Part shown: positions 1 to 10,554 of the stretch, in pieces
How positions within the stretch are numbered: position 1 is the stretch's first letter
Layout of the letters: each line of letters starts with the position of its first letter
Made by a program: the position numbers and the translations under genes
DNA from: Sphingopyxis sp.
GTDB lineage: Bacteria > Pseudomonadota > Alphaproteobacteria > Sphingomonadales > Sphingomonadaceae
Direction: 5' to 3'
Assembly: GCA_016463225.1 (NCBI GenBank)
Contig: JAEMRT010000005.1
Coordinates: forward strand, 33,363 to 97,362
Length of the DNA stretch: 64,000 bases
The notes under the pieces: generated by a model
The model's database searches: none
Told to the model about the DNA's origin: nothing
The model's input: the letters and a program-made list of their open reading frames with translations, nothing else

Positions 1-512
1 GTTGTGCGGGCGAGCAGGATCATGAGGTCGGAATGCTGGATACGGCTGATCCACACCTTCTGCCCGTTGATCACATAGCGGTCTCCACGCTTGACCGCGG
101 TCGTCTTGATGCTGGTCGTGTCCGTACCCGCCGTCGGCTCGGTAACCCCCATCGATTGCAGACGCAGCTCGCCGCTGGCGATAGCGGGCAGGTAGCGGCG
201 GCGCTGTTCTTCCGAACCATGCCGCACCAGCGTGTTCATATTATACATCTGGCCATGGCAAGCGCCGCTATTGCCGCCGGCGCGATTAATCTCTTCCATG
301 ATTACCGAAGCCTCGGTCAGACCTAGGCCCGATCCGCCATATTCTTCCGGGATCAGCGCCGCCATCCAGCCTTCGCGCGTCAACGCCTCGACAAATTCCT
401 CGGGATAACCGCGCCGTTCGTCGATCTGCCGATGATATTCGGCAGGAAATTTCGCGCAAAGCGCCTGGATCGCATCCCGTATATCCCGAAACTGGTCAGT
501 CGGATTACTCAT
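1..512 (-). CDS. Acyl-CoA dehydrogenase (runs off the left edge of the window)
   Basis: Manual minus-strand translation, absent from the ORF track: MSNPTDQFRDIRDAIQALCAKFPAEYHRQIDERRGYPEEFV...IPEEYGGSGLG...SMGVTEPTAGTD...YVINGQKVWIS, which are ACAD motifs. Confidence 0.9.
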   Translation of the reverse strand, partial: MSNPTDQFRDIRDAIQALCAKFPAEYHRQIDERRGYPEEFVEALTREGWMAALIPEEYGGSGLGLTEASVIMEEINRAGGNSGACHGQMYNMNTLVRHGSEEQRRRYLPAIASGELRLQSMGVTEPTAGTDTTSIKTTAVKRGDRYVINGQKVWISRIQHSDLMILLART

Positions 513-632
513 CGCCACATCCTCGATTTGAGCACAGTCATTTTGTCGAGGCTCTGTCACCAGAGCACATATAAGAAAAATGCAACTAATGCTGATTCAC
601 ATATGATTAAGTTATAGGCACTGGGGCGCGGA

Positions 633-1988
633 TCAGGGAAAATACCCCTTAAGGCTTGGCGCCTCACCAAGCGCGCGAAGGCGTTCCAGCCACACCGCAG
701 TCGACATATTGAGCACCGGCCGCACGAGCCCCGTGAACTTTTCCTCCACCGCTGCATCGTCAGGAAAGGAGGCCGGTTCCCCCGATGGATCGGAAACGAC
801 CAGCCGATGGACTTGCCCCCGCGCCTCCACCTCGACACTTGCGCCAAAGGGATGGTCGAGCCCTTCGAGCGACAGGTCGCGGTGCACCGAGATGCGAGCG
901 GCGAGCGCCTCGGCCTCTTGCGCGCCCAGCAGGTCATAATCATCCCACCCAAAGCGTCCGCGCAGCAACGCGACCGCGCCGGCAAAGGGCATCGAAAATT
1001 GCCCTTCGACAATCGACCGCGCTTTCTGCTTGGACTCTAGCGGATCACCGACCAGCGCGATGCCGTTCGTGTGCAGACCGATCGTCACCGCGGTAATTTC
1101 GTCCGATTGCCAGTGATGCTGACGCTGCATGGCAAGCAGCCCGTCCACCGCCGCATGGGTGTAACGGCAAGCGGGATAGGGCTTTAGAGCAATGCGCATC
1201 GTTTCCCAGTCGACTCCCAGTTCGGCAACGACCCGCTCAGGAGAACTTCTGTCGCTATAGCCCCTCAGGAAACCATGATTTCCTTCCAGCGCCTCGCATG
1301 CCCCCTTGAATCCTTTAGCCGCCAGCGTAGCAGCCATGACGCCCTTCATAGCGGCCTCTCCGACCTGATAGCGCTTGTTCCAGGCGCCATTCGCTAGGAA
1401 TTGCAGCGAGCCGGAAGCCTGGCTTGCGGCGATCCCCAGCGCGGAATTCATAGCTGCGGCGTCCAGCCCGAGCAGACGGCCAGCCGCGATGGCCGCGCCA
1501 AAGTTTCCTGCCGTGGCGGTGGGATGGAAACCCCGCGCATAATGGGCGGCCGGGTCAAGCGCGACCCCCAGGCGACAGCACGCCTCATAACCCATCACAA
1601 TTGCGGCGACCGTTTCCGGGCCGCTCGCGCCCGTTAACTCGGCAACCGCGAGCGCAGCGGGAACCACGGGTGCGCTGGGATGGAGTGAACTCGCTGCATG
1701 CGTATCGTCGAAATCGAGCGAATGCCCGAACGCGCCATTGAGTAGCGCCGCAGCGGCGGCCCCAAAACGCCGGTTCAGCCCAAATACGGTACAAGGGCCG
1801 GCGCCCCCGAGGCCCAGCATTTCGACCATGTCCAACATTGCCGGGGAAGAATCGGAGTCTTGTGCGGCGCGAAACGTCGAACCGATCAAATCGGTTGTCA
1901 GGGTGATCGCTCGTCGAGCGACTTCGACCGGGATGTCGGATGCCGGCGTCGCGACGACAAACTCTGACAGACGATAGGTGATGCTCAT
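633..1988 (-). CDS. MmgE/PrpD family protein
   Basis: HSLDFDDTH, HPSAPVVPAALA, RGFHPT and KPYPACRYTH motifs. Start placed at the ATG of MSITYRL. Confidence 0.9.
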   Translation of the reverse strand: MSITYRLSEFVVATPASDIPVEVARRAITLTTDLIGSTFRAAQDSDSSPAMLDMVEMLGLGGAGPCTVFGLNRRFGAAAAALLNGAFGHSLDFDDTHAASSLHPSAPVVPAALAVAELTGASGPETVAAIVMGYEACCRLGVALDPAAHYARGFHPTATAGNFGAAIAAGRLLGLDAAAMNSALGIAASQASGSLQFLANGAWNKRYQVGEAAMKGVMAATLAAKGFKGACEALEGNHGFLRGYSDRSSPERVVAELGVDWETMRIALKPYPACRYTHAAVDGLLAMQRQHHWQSDEITAVTIGLHTNGIALVGDPLESKQKARSIVEGQFSMPFAGAVALLRGRFGWDDYDLLGAQEAEALAARISVHRDLSLEGLDHPFGASVEVEARGQVHRLVVSDPSGEPASFPDDAAVEEKFTGLVRPVLNMSTAVWLERLRALGEAPSLKGYFP

Positions 1989-2094
1989 GAAAGTCAGTCT
2001 TTCCTGCCATGCCGACAATTCGCTCGACCGTGCACGACGAGGGCAAGCCTGTACAAATACACTTTTGTTCCGACACCTATCAGAAATTTATATA

Positions 2095-2118
2095 TCTATG
2101 GCTATTTTTGGCCATAGA
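2095..2118. promoter_or_regulatory. Inverted repeat in the divergent prpD-like/LysR promoter (likely LysR site)
   Basis: TCTATGGC-N8-GCCATAGA in an AT-rich intergenic region. Confidence 0.5.
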
Positions 2119-2154
2119 AGTTATATGTCTGCTTTCATTCCCCACGGGGTCTCT

Positions 2155-3117
2155 ATGGATATCCGCCAGCTCCGCTATTTTGTCGCAATCGCCGAAAACG
2201 GTTCCTTTTCCCGTGCCGCGGAAACCCTTCACGTTGCGCAACCCGGGCTTTCGTTGCACATGCGCAACATGGAGGAAGCGCTCGGCACCAAGCTGCTTTT
2301 CCGAACGCCGCGCGGCGTGGTTCTCACCGAGGCAGGGAGCATTTTGCTCCGCCATGCCCGAAACATACTTCAGCAATTGATGCTCGCGGAGACCGAGATC
2401 CGGTCCCATGAGGATGTTCCGTCGGGGGAAGTTCGACTTGGCCTTCCCGGAACAATCAGCGAGATACTGTCGGTGCCGCTGATCCGCACGGCGCGGCATC
2501 GCTACCCCTCGATCAAGCTGCGGATATTGGAGGGAATGAGCGGCTTTGTTCTCGAATGGCTGCGCGACAGTCGGGTCGATTTGGCTGTGCTCTATTCGTC
2601 GGCCGAAGATCCTGCGATCCGGACTCTGAAACTTCTCACCGAAACCTTGGTCTTTCTGGGGCCTGCCAAGCCCGACGGAGGGAGCGGGCTCCCTCCGTCG
2701 GGGCAGGCGGTGACATTCGAGGCTCTGACAGGCAAGCCCTTGATTCTGCCAAGTAGGGGGCATGGATTGCGCGACCATCTCGATCGCACGGCCGCTGCCG
2801 CCGGTCATGAGCTGACCACCGTAGTCGACGTCGATTCCTATTCGAACATAAAGGACCTCTCCGCCGAAGGGTTCGGGTTTTCGATCCTGCCCGAACATGC
2901 GGTGTCGCGTGATGCCGCAGCTGGTCGTCTTGCGACCTGGCCGATCCGTGATCCGTGGCTTCGGCGAGACGTATATCTTGCCCATGCGATAGATCGCCCC
3001 ATCGCCAAATCGGTAAAGGTCGTCCGGGATATTGCTATCGCCACCCTGATCGACCTCGCGAATAGCGGGCAATGGGTTGGCGCGACGACCACTGACGACC
3101 TGACGATCGCGGGTTGA
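2155..3117 (+). CDS. LysR-family regulator (Nac-like)
   Basis: MDIRQLRYFVAIAENGSFSRAAETLHVAQPGLS HTH followed by a substrate-binding domain. Confidence 0.93.
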   Translation: MDIRQLRYFVAIAENGSFSRAAETLHVAQPGLSLHMRNMEEALGTKLLFRTPRGVVLTEAGSILLRHARNILQQLMLAETEIRSHEDVPSGEVRLGLPGTISEILSVPLIRTARHRYPSIKLRILEGMSGFVLEWLRDSRVDLAVLYSSAEDPAIRTLKLLTETLVFLGPAKPDGGSGLPPSGQAVTFEALTGKPLILPSRGHGLRDHLDRTAAAAGHELTTVVDVDSYSNIKDLSAEGFGFSILPEHAVSRDAAAGRLATWPIRDPWLRRDVYLAHAIDRPIAKSVKVVRDIAIATLIDLANSGQWVGATTTDDLTIAG

Positions 3118-3202
3118 GGCCCAGGCTTCTGATGGCCGTCAATGCCGGCGACCAGCGTGACGGCGCATTTCTCCGTAGAATGGTGCTGAAGCGCCCGCAA
3201 CA

Positions 3203-3218
3203 TGGCACGCTCCTTGCT
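3203..3218 (+). promoter_or_regulatory. Sigma54 (-24/-12) promoter of the aldehyde dehydrogenase-permease operon
   Basis: TGGCACGCTCCTTGCT matches the TGGCAC-N5-TTGCW consensus, about 70 nt before the GTG start. Confidence 0.8.
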
Positions 3219-3290
3219 ATGCCCGGGTGATCGGACAAGATGCGCTGTCTGCGCTCTTGGCCCGGTCGACGGAAGCGAAGGGGTGAACCA

Positions 3291-4727
3291 GTGATAGAGG
3301 CGACGAAATTCTATATCGATGGACGGTGGCAGGAATCGAACGGCGGCGCGCCGCGCCCGGTAATCGACCCGGGAACGGGGGAGGCCTTTGCCTCGGTCAC
3401 GATAGGAACCGCCGATGACGCGGACCGCGCGGTAGCGGCTGCACGGCGGGCCTTCGCCTCCTTCAGCAGATCGGCGGTCTCCGAGCGGATCGAGATGCTC
3501 GAGGCTATCAACGCGGCGCTGATTGCGCGGAACGACGAGATCGCCGCGGTGATTTCGGCCGAGATGGGCGCTCCCGAAGGGCTTTCCCGTCGGGCACAGG
3601 CCACATCCGGCACCCAGCATTTCGCAGAAATCATCAGGGTTTTGCGCGAATATGAGTTCGAGACGGCGATGGGCTCGACCCTCGTGCGACGCGAGCCCGT
3701 CGGCGTCTGTGCGCTGATCACACCCTGGAACTGGCCGATGAACCAGCTCGCCACCAAGGTGGCGCCCGCGCTGGCCGCGGGGTGCACAATGGTTCTCAAG
3801 CCGAGCGAACTCGCCCCGCTCGATGCTGTTATCCTCGCCGAAATCATCCATGAGGCGGGGGTTCCCGCCGGGGTGTTCAACCTCGTTCACGGAGATGGCC
3901 CCGGCGTCGGGGCGCGGCTTGCCGCGCATCCCGACATCGACATGATCTCCTTCACCGGCTCGACGCGGGCGGGCATCGCGATCGGCGAAGTGGCGGCCCG
4001 CTCGATCAAGCGCGTCTCGCTCGAGCTTGGCGGCAAGTCGGCGAATATCATCCTCGACGATGCCGACTTCGGGGTGGCGGTGCCAGAGAGCGTTCGGGCA
4101 GTTATGCTAAACAGCGGGCAATCTTGCAATGCGCCGACCCGAATGATGGTCCCGCGCGGGCGCTATGACGAAGCCTGCGCGATTGCCGCGGCAACCGCGC
4201 AGGGCCTCACCGTTGGCGCGCAAGGAAGCGGAGCCGATCTCGGTCCCGTCGCGAACGGGACCCAATATGAGCGCGTTGTTGGGATGATCGAGACGGGCGT
4301 GCGCGAAGGCGCCGTCCTCCTCGCCGGGGGAAGCGAGCGCCCAGCGCACCTCGATCGCGGATACTTCGTATCGCCGACCATCTTCGGCGGCGTCTCTCCC
4401 GGCATGAGCATCGTCCGCGAGGAGATATTCGGGCCTGTCCTCGTCATCATGTCGTTTGAGGACGACGAGGACGCCATCCGTCTCGCCAACGACACGGAAT
4501 ATGGGCTCTCCGGCTACGTCTGGAGCGAGGATCGCGCGCGGGCCCTTTCGGTTGCGAGCGCCCTGCGGACCGGAATGGTGCATCTGAACGGCGCCTCCCT
4601 CGACACGGCCGCTCCCTTCGGCGGTTACGGCAAGTCGGGCAATGGACGCGAATGGGGTGTCTTCGGCCTTGAGGAATTTCTCGAGATCAAGTCGATCTAC
4701 GGAGGCGCGATCCGCCGCAGCCATTGA
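3291..4727 (+). CDS. Aldehyde dehydrogenase
   Basis: ITPWNWP, FTGST, LELGGKS, GQSCNAP (catalytic Cys) and EEIFGPV. Confidence 0.93.
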   Translation: MIEATKFYIDGRWQESNGGAPRPVIDPGTGEAFASVTIGTADDADRAVAAARRAFASFSRSAVSERIEMLEAINAALIARNDEIAAVISAEMGAPEGLSRRAQATSGTQHFAEIIRVLREYEFETAMGSTLVRREPVGVCALITPWNWPMNQLATKVAPALAAGCTMVLKPSELAPLDAVILAEIIHEAGVPAGVFNLVHGDGPGVGARLAAHPDIDMISFTGSTRAGIAIGEVAARSIKRVSLELGGKSANIILDDADFGVAVPESVRAVMLNSGQSCNAPTRMMVPRGRYDEACAIAAATAQGLTVGAQGSGADLGPVANGTQYERVVGMIETGVREGAVLLAGGSERPAHLDRGYFVSPTIFGGVSPGMSIVREEIFGPVLVIMSFEDDEDAIRLANDTEYGLSGYVWSEDRARALSVASALRTGMVHLNGASLDTAAPFGGYGKSGNGREWGVFGLEEFLEIKSIYGGAIRRSH

Positions 4728-4774
4728 TCGAGATGGCGGCGAGACGATCCCGCCGCCGAAAACAGGGGTAGTCC

Positions 4775-6244
4775 ATGACGGTAAATTTGAAAGAGGACAC
4801 CGAGCGCCTTGTTGCTCTCGGTGTTGAGCCGAAGTTCGATCGATCGATGAGCATGCTCGAGAATTTCGCGCTGGGTTTCACATATCTCTCGCCCGTGGTG
4901 GGAGCTTATACCCTGTTCGACAGTAGCCTCGCGACGGGCGGTCCCCCCATGATCTGGACCTATCTGATCGCGGGCGTCGGACAGTTGCTGGTCGCGCTGA
5001 TTTTCGGTGAGCTGGTGTCGCAATATCCGCTCGCCGGCGGTCTCTATCCCTGGGCGCGCCGTCTCATCGGCAGGCGCTGGGGCTGGATGGTTGGCTGGGT
5101 CTACGCTTGGGCCCTGTTCGCCACGATCGCGGCGGTCGCGACCGGCGCGGCGCCCTTTCTTTCGATCCTGCTCGGTACCGACGACGGGCCAGGTCTCGCA
5201 GTCCTGATCGCGCTGGCGCTGCTGCTTGCCGCGACCGTCTGCAATCTCGCCGGGACAAGGTTTCTCGCGCGCGTTGCGATGTTCGGGTTCATTTGCGAGC
5301 TTGTCGGGGCGCTCTTCGTCGGCGGCTATCTCCTTCTCTTTCAACGCGTGCAATCGCCCGAGATCCTTTTCGATCCGATGACCGCTGCCGCTGGCGGCAG
5401 CTACCTGCCGGCATTTCTCGCGGCCTCACTGCTCGGCCTGTTCTCCTGCTATGGTTTCGAGGCTTGCGCCGATGTTGCCGAAGAGGTCAAGGATCCCGAG
5501 CGGACGATCCCGCGGGCCATGCGGATGACGATCTATGTCGGGATCGGCGCGTCGGTCTTCGCCTGTCTTGCCCTGCTGCTCGCGGTTCCCGACATTCCGG
5601 CTGTCATCTCCGGGGAGTCGCCACGGCCGCTCACCGACGTGCTCGTCGCGGCATTTGGAACATCGGGGACGCGGGCGATTGCGGTGGTCATCGTCATATC
5701 CTTCATGTCCTGTGTGCTCAGTCTCCAGGCAGCCGTCAGCAGACTGATCTTCGCCTTCGCCCGCGATCGCATGATCTTCAGCGCCGACCTCTTCGCTCGC
5801 CTGTCGCCGGATACCCACGTCCCCGTCGCCGCGCTCGCGCTTGCCGGGGCGGTTCCCGCTGCGATCGTGCTCCTCGGTGCTGTGATGGCCGACGCGCTGA
5901 CCACGATCGTGACTTTTGCGGTAGCCGGGGTGTATCTTGCCTTCCACATGGTCGTGATCGCAGCGCTCGTCGCGCGTTTTCGCGGCTGGCGGCCCACCGG
6001 GGCCTTCACGCTCGGCGGGTGGGGCTGGCTGGTGAATGTCGCGGCGTTTCTTTACGGTTTCGGCGCGCTGGTGAACATGATGTGGCCGCGTGCCCCTGAC
6101 AGCCCCTGGTATATTGACCATGCCATGATTCTCGGCGTGACGGCAGTCCTCGCCAGCGGTGTGTTGTACCTGTTTATCGGACGGCCGGAAAAGCGAAGCG
6201 AGGCGCTCCACGGCGACGCGCTTGCGGAAGTAAACCGGCTGTGA
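4775..6244 (+). CDS. APC-family amino acid/amine permease
   Basis: About 12 hydrophobic segments; ELVSQYPLAGGLY and GFEACADVAEEVKDP motifs. Confidence 0.9.
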   Translation: MTVNLKEDTERLVALGVEPKFDRSMSMLENFALGFTYLSPVVGAYTLFDSSLATGGPPMIWTYLIAGVGQLLVALIFGELVSQYPLAGGLYPWARRLIGRRWGWMVGWVYAWALFATIAAVATGAAPFLSILLGTDDGPGLAVLIALALLLAATVCNLAGTRFLARVAMFGFICELVGALFVGGYLLLFQRVQSPEILFDPMTAAAGGSYLPAFLAASLLGLFSCYGFEACADVAEEVKDPERTIPRAMRMTIYVGIGASVFACLALLLAVPDIPAVISGESPRPLTDVLVAAFGTSGTRAIAVVIVISFMSCVLSLQAAVSRLIFAFARDRMIFSADLFARLSPDTHVPVAALALAGAVPAAIVLLGAVMADALTTIVTFAVAGVYLAFHMVVIAALVARFRGWRPTGAFTLGGWGWLVNVAAFLYGFGALVNMMWPRAPDSPWYIDHAMILGVTAVLASGVLYLFIGRPEKRSEALHGDALAEVNRL

Positions 6245-6418
6245 TGCCTCGCGGGAAGCCAAGTTGCGGCCGTCCCGCTCCTGCCGGCTGCGCCTCGGCG
6301 TGGCCGACCTGATAGTCCTGTACAAGCAAGGAAAATGATCGATGCCCTTTCCGAGTCTGCGCCGCCTTGGTGTTTTCAGTCGGCGGCCGTTGACCGGCGC
6401 GACTGCAGGCGGCGGCGC

Positions 6419-7204
6419 ATGACCCCTGAATCGGTCGCTGGGGTAGATGTGGAGAGGCAGGCACGCCCTGTTTTTCGCTTAGCCTTTGTTGCGCAGCTGG
6501 CGGTTCCCGAAGGTGCGGACCCGCGCATCTTTGCCCGGCTCCAAGGAGGCGCTGACGATGCCGCCGCCTTCCGCGGAGTCTTCGATACTTTGGATCATGC
6601 CCCGCGCTTCGAACTCCATGCCGTTCACGCCGACCGCGGCGAGGAGATCGGGCTCGACTATGATGCGGTGGTGCTCGGCGGAAGCGTGGCGTCGGTCAAC
6701 GATGTCCTCCCCTGGCAGGTCGGACTAGCCTCCTGGCTCGCGCGGTGGCGGGAGATCGGGCGCCCGCTGCTCGGCATTTGTGGTGGGCACCAGCTGATGG
6801 CGCAGGCGATGGGCGGCACTGTGTCGCGGCGCGCGACCGGGCCGTTTGTCGGTTCGCGAACGGCACGAATGACCGTGGACGGAGCGGATCATTGGCTCTT
6901 CGCTGGCCTCGGACCCGACCCGCGCTTCCAATTCGCGCACTTCGACCATGTGTCCACTATGCCGGAAGGCGGACGCGTCCTGGCGCTTGGGGCCGAGACC
7001 GTCGCTGCGGCCGATTACGGCGGCGGCTGGGTGTCGGTGCAGTTTCACCCCGAAGTAAGCTGCGATCGCCTTGCCACGCTCTGGTATGGACTGACCGATG
7101 ATCGGACAGCTTTCGAATATCTGCACGGCTGTGAACGGCTCATCGACAATTTCCTAGCTTACGCCGTGGCGGCGACTGAGGAGAATGCGCGCTCCGGCGC
7201 CTAG
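6419..7204 (+). CDS. Class I glutamine amidotransferase-like hydrolase (candidate gamma-glutamylamide hydrolase)
   Basis: Catalytic triad GICGGHQ ... QFHPE. Start codon uncertain. Confidence 0.85.
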   Translation: MTPESVAGVDVERQARPVFRLAFVAQLAVPEGADPRIFARLQGGADDAAAFRGVFDTLDHAPRFELHAVHADRGEEIGLDYDAVVLGGSVASVNDVLPWQVGLASWLARWREIGRPLLGICGGHQLMAQAMGGTVSRRATGPFVGSRTARMTVDGADHWLFAGLGPDPRFQFAHFDHVSTMPEGGRVLALGAETVAAADYGGGWVSVQFHPEVSCDRLATLWYGLTDDRTAFEYLHGCERLIDNFLAYAVAATEENARSGA

Positions 7205-7248
7205 CCTTCGCGGCGGGTCGCGGTCCGGCGTGCTTCCCGTCGCAAGGC
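7204..7248. terminator. Imperfect GC-rich hairpin between convergent genes
   Basis: GCCTTCGCGGCGGG ... CCCGTCGCAAGGC. No clear U-tract. Confidence 0.35.
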
Positions 7249-7389
7249 TCCTCGCAGCCGCGACGATTTGGCTGAGCAGACAGGTGACAACGATGGGGCC
7301 GACACCGCCCGGAATAGGCGTCACAGCTTTTGCGTGATGCTGAAAGAGCGAAGTTCGCCGATCGAGCTCCCCCCGGGCGGGGGATGTTC

Positions 7390-7707
7390 TCAGTCTTCAG
7401 GGGCGATCGTCACATGGAGGCCGGCGAGCCCAGCAGTCAGCGAAATCTGGCATGCGAGACGCGAATTCGCCTAGCGGTACGCCGAACTGTCCAGCAGTTC
7501 GTCCTCGTCCTCCGACATCGGGGGGAGGCGATCGAGAAAAGCCTCATCGACGAAGACGTGGCAGGTTGCGCAGGAACAGCACCCGCCGCATAGCGCCAGA
7601 ATCTCGTCCACACCGCCTTCGCGGATCGCCTCCATCAGGGAAAAGTCCGGCTCGCCGACGATGTCGTGGGTCTCGTTCGACCGATCGGTAATCTTCAGCA
7701 AAGTCAT
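7390..7707 (-). pseudogene. Putidaredoxin/adrenodoxin-type 2Fe-2S ferredoxin with an in-frame TAG
   Basis: CGGCCSCATCHV motif. After the TAG at 7471-7473 the frame continues as ANSRLACQISLTAGLAGLHVTIAPED*, which holds the fourth Cys ligand; the full reading frame is 105 codons. Confidence 0.88.
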
Positions 7708-7721
7708 GAGCCCCTCCTCCT

Positions 7722-9170
7722 CTAGACGGCAATGCAGGCGAGCCGGGTCTCAAGATAATCGTCGATCCCGAGATGCGACCCCTCGCGGCCGATCCCGGAC
7801 TCCTTCACGCCGCCGAACGGAGCGACCTCGGTGGAGACCAGGCCGGTATTGAGCCCAACCATTCCATATTTGAGCTGCTCCGACAGGCGCCAGTGTCGTG
7901 ATGCATCGCGCGTGTAGGCATAGGCCGCGAGGCCCGCCCGTGTGTCGTTGGCGAGACGGATCGCCTCATCCTCGGTTCGGAAACGGATAAGGCCGGCCAC
8001 GGGACCGAACGTCTCCTCGTGGCAGAGCCTCGCATCGGGGGCGACATTGACGATGACGGTCGGGGTATAGAAATTTGCGCCCGCAGCATGTCGCTTTCCG
8101 CCCGCCAGCAATCGTCCCCCTCGTGCCAGCGCGTCGGCAACATGGTCCTCGACCTTCGCGAGCGCGCGCTCGTCGATCAGAGGCCCCTGATCGGAGGGGC
8201 CCTCGAGGCCCGCACCCACGATCATCTGGCCGACCCGCGCTGCAAGCTTCTCGGCAAAGCGTTCATAGACGTCGTCGTGCACGATGAACCGGTTGGCACA
8301 TACGCAGGTCTGGCCGGTATTCCGGAACTTGGATGTGATCGCGCCTTCGACCGCGGCATCGATGTCGGCATCCTCGAATACGATAAAGGGCGCATTGCCA
8401 CCGAGTTCGAGCGACACACGCTTCACGGTCCCCGCGCAGCGGGCGGCGAGCATCTTGCCAACCGCAGTCGAGCCGGTGAAGGTGAATTTGCCGACCCGCA
8501 CATCCTCGGTCAGCACTTCGCCAATCGCCGGTGCGTCACCGGTCACAACGTTGAAGACGCCCGGTGGGATGCCGGCTTCTTCTCCCAATAGCGCCAGTGC
8601 CATAGCCGAGAAGGGCGTGAATTCCGAAGGCTTGATGACGAATGTGCAGCCGACCGCAAGAGCGGGGCCTGCTTTACGGGTGATCATTGCGAGCGGGAAA
8701 TTCCATGGCGTGATTGCGCCGACGACGCCGATCGGTCGGCGCGAAACCACGAGACGGCGATCGCTTGCATGGGGCGTCAGCACTTCTCCGCGCACGCGCC
8801 GGGCTTCCTCGCCGAACCATTCGAGGAACGCCGCAGCATAGACGACCTCGCCACGCGCTTCCGCGAGAGGCTTGCCTTGTTCGGCCGTCGTGATGCGCGC
8901 GAGATCCTCGCAATGCTCAAGCATCAGCGCCGCCCATCGCCGCAGGATTGCGCCGCGCTCTTTGCCTGTAAGGCGCTGCCATTCGGGCAAGGCCGCATCG
9001 GCCGCGGTCACGGCTTCCTCTGTCTCGGCGGTGCCCATGAACGGGACCGACCCGATCGTCTCGCCGTTCGCCGGATTGTCGACAGCGATGCGCTCGTCGC
9101 CCGATCGCCAAACGCCGGCAATATAGCAATCTTCGCGCCACAGATCGGCTCTGCTCAGGTCAGGGCGCAT
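7722..9170 (-). CDS. gabD: NAD(P)-dependent succinate/glutarate-semialdehyde dehydrogenase
   Basis: ITPWNFPLAMITRKAGPALA, ELGGNAPF, FRNTGQTCVC and EETFGPVA. Lies directly downstream of gabT. Confidence 0.88.
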   Translation of the reverse strand: MRPDLSRADLWREDCYIAGVWRSGDERIAVDNPANGETIGSVPFMGTAETEEAVTAADAALPEWQRLTGKERGAILRRWAALMLEHCEDLARITTAEQGKPLAEARGEVVYAAAFLEWFGEEARRVRGEVLTPHASDRRLVVSRRPIGVVGAITPWNFPLAMITRKAGPALAVGCTFVIKPSEFTPFSAMALALLGEEAGIPPGVFNVVTGDAPAIGEVLTEDVRVGKFTFTGSTAVGKMLAARCAGTVKRVSLELGGNAPFIVFEDADIDAAVEGAITSKFRNTGQTCVCANRFIVHDDVYERFAEKLAARVGQMIVGAGLEGPSDQGPLIDERALAKVEDHVADALARGGRLLAGGKRHAAGANFYTPTVIVNVAPDARLCHEETFGPVAGLIRFRTEDEAIRLANDTRAGLAAYAYTRDASRHWRLSEQLKYGMVGLNTGLVSTEVAPFGGVKESGIGREGSHLGIDDYLETRLACIAV

Positions 9171-9172
9171 CG

Positions 9173-10450
9173 TCAGCCCTCCTTCGCGTCGGCGAGTGCC
9201 GAACCGAGAATAGCAATTCCCTCGTCGAGCAGGCTGTCCGTGATAGTGAGCGCGGCGAGTATCCGGATTGTCTGGCCCTTGGTGCCGCATGAGAGCAGGA
9301 TCAGTCCCTTCTCGTGAGCCGCGGCGCACACCGCGCGGGCGAAGCCGCCGTCCGTCTCGCCTGCCGCGTTGCAAACGTCGAAAGCCACCATGGCGCCCAG
9401 TCCGCGAACATTCGCGACCGGGAGGCCGGCCTTGGCAAAGCTTGTGGCGGCGTCCTTGAGACGGGCTCCGATCGCCGTCGATCGTTCAAGCAACCGCTCC
9501 TGCTCGATGACTTTGACGACCGCCAAGGCGGCAGCGCATCCGATGGGCGATCCGCCGTACGTGCCGCCGAGCGTTCCCGGTTCAAGGGCGTCCATTATCG
9601 CCGTCCGTCCGATCACACCGGAAAGGGGAAACCCGCCCGCGAGGGCCTTGGCCACGCACACGAGATCGGGCTGCACGCCGCTATGCTCTATCGCGAACAT
9701 CCGTCCGGTTCGGCCGAAGCCCGCCTGTATCTCGTCCGCGATCAGCAGGATGCCGTTCTGGTCGCAAATCCGGCGCAATGCCGACAGGAATTCGGGAGGG
9801 GCGACGTGGAATCCACCTTCACCCTGGACCGGTTCAAGGATGATGGCAGCGACGCGTTCGACGTCCACATCGGCTGCGAACAGATAGTCCAGCGCCTCCA
9901 GGCTCCGCTCGATCGTCGCGTTGCCAATGCCGGTCGGGAAGGGGACGTGAAAAATCTCGGGGGGCATCGGGCCAGCTTGACGCTTGAAGGGCGCGATCTT
10001 GCCGGTCAGCGCGGATGTCAGCAAAGTGCGTCCGTGAAACCCGCCGGTGAACGCAATGACCGCCGACCGGCCGGTCGCGGCCCGCGCGATCTTCACCGCA
10101 TTCTCCGTCGCCTCGGCGCCGGTAGTGAAAAGGACTGACTTCGCATCGCCCGAGAAGGGAGCGATCGCGTTGAGATGCTCGCAGAGGGCCACATAGCTTT
10201 CATAGGCCGTGACCTGGAAGGCAGCGTGGGTGAATCGCGACATCTGCGCTTCGACGGCCGCCATCACCGCAGGGTGCCGGTGCCCGGTATTGAGAACGGC
10301 AATCCCGCTTCCAAAGTCGATGTAGCGGCGGCCCTCGCCATCCCAGATTTCGCTGCCCTCGGCCCGGTCGATAAATATTGCCGTGGACGATGCAAGCCCG
10401 CGCGGGATGGCATTTTCGCGCCGTGCGAGAAGTGATTTGTTGCTGGTCAT
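9173..10450 (-). CDS. gabT: 4-aminobutyrate (or 5-aminovalerate) aminotransferase, class III PLP
   Basis: TTGAEATENAVKIAR, EPVQGEGG, DEIQAGFGRTG, AKALAGG and GGTYGG. Confidence 0.9.
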   Translation of the reverse strand: MTSNKSLLARRENAIPRGLASSTAIFIDRAEGSEIWDGEGRRYIDFGSGIAVLNTGHRHPAVMAAVEAQMSRFTHAAFQVTAYESYVALCEHLNAIAPFSGDAKSVLFTTGAEATENAVKIARAATGRSAVIAFTGGFHGRTLLTSALTGKIAPFKRQAGPMPPEIFHVPFPTGIGNATIERSLEALDYLFAADVDVERVAAIILEPVQGEGGFHVAPPEFLSALRRICDQNGILLIADEIQAGFGRTGRMFAIEHSGVQPDLVCVAKALAGGFPLSGVIGRTAIMDALEPGTLGGTYGGSPIGCAAALAVVKVIEQERLLERSTAIGARLKDAATSFAKAGLPVANVRGLGAMVAFDVCNAAGETDGGFARAVCAAAHEKGLILLSCGTKGQTIRILAALTITDSLLDEGIAILGSALADAKEG

Positions 10451-10554
10451 GGCCGATATCCAAAGTTCGATGGTGAATATAGGGCGCTTGACAAACTTTA
10501 CCCGGTTCGGCCAGTCATCAACGAAGAGCGTGATGGAAACCTGAGGTTGCCAAA

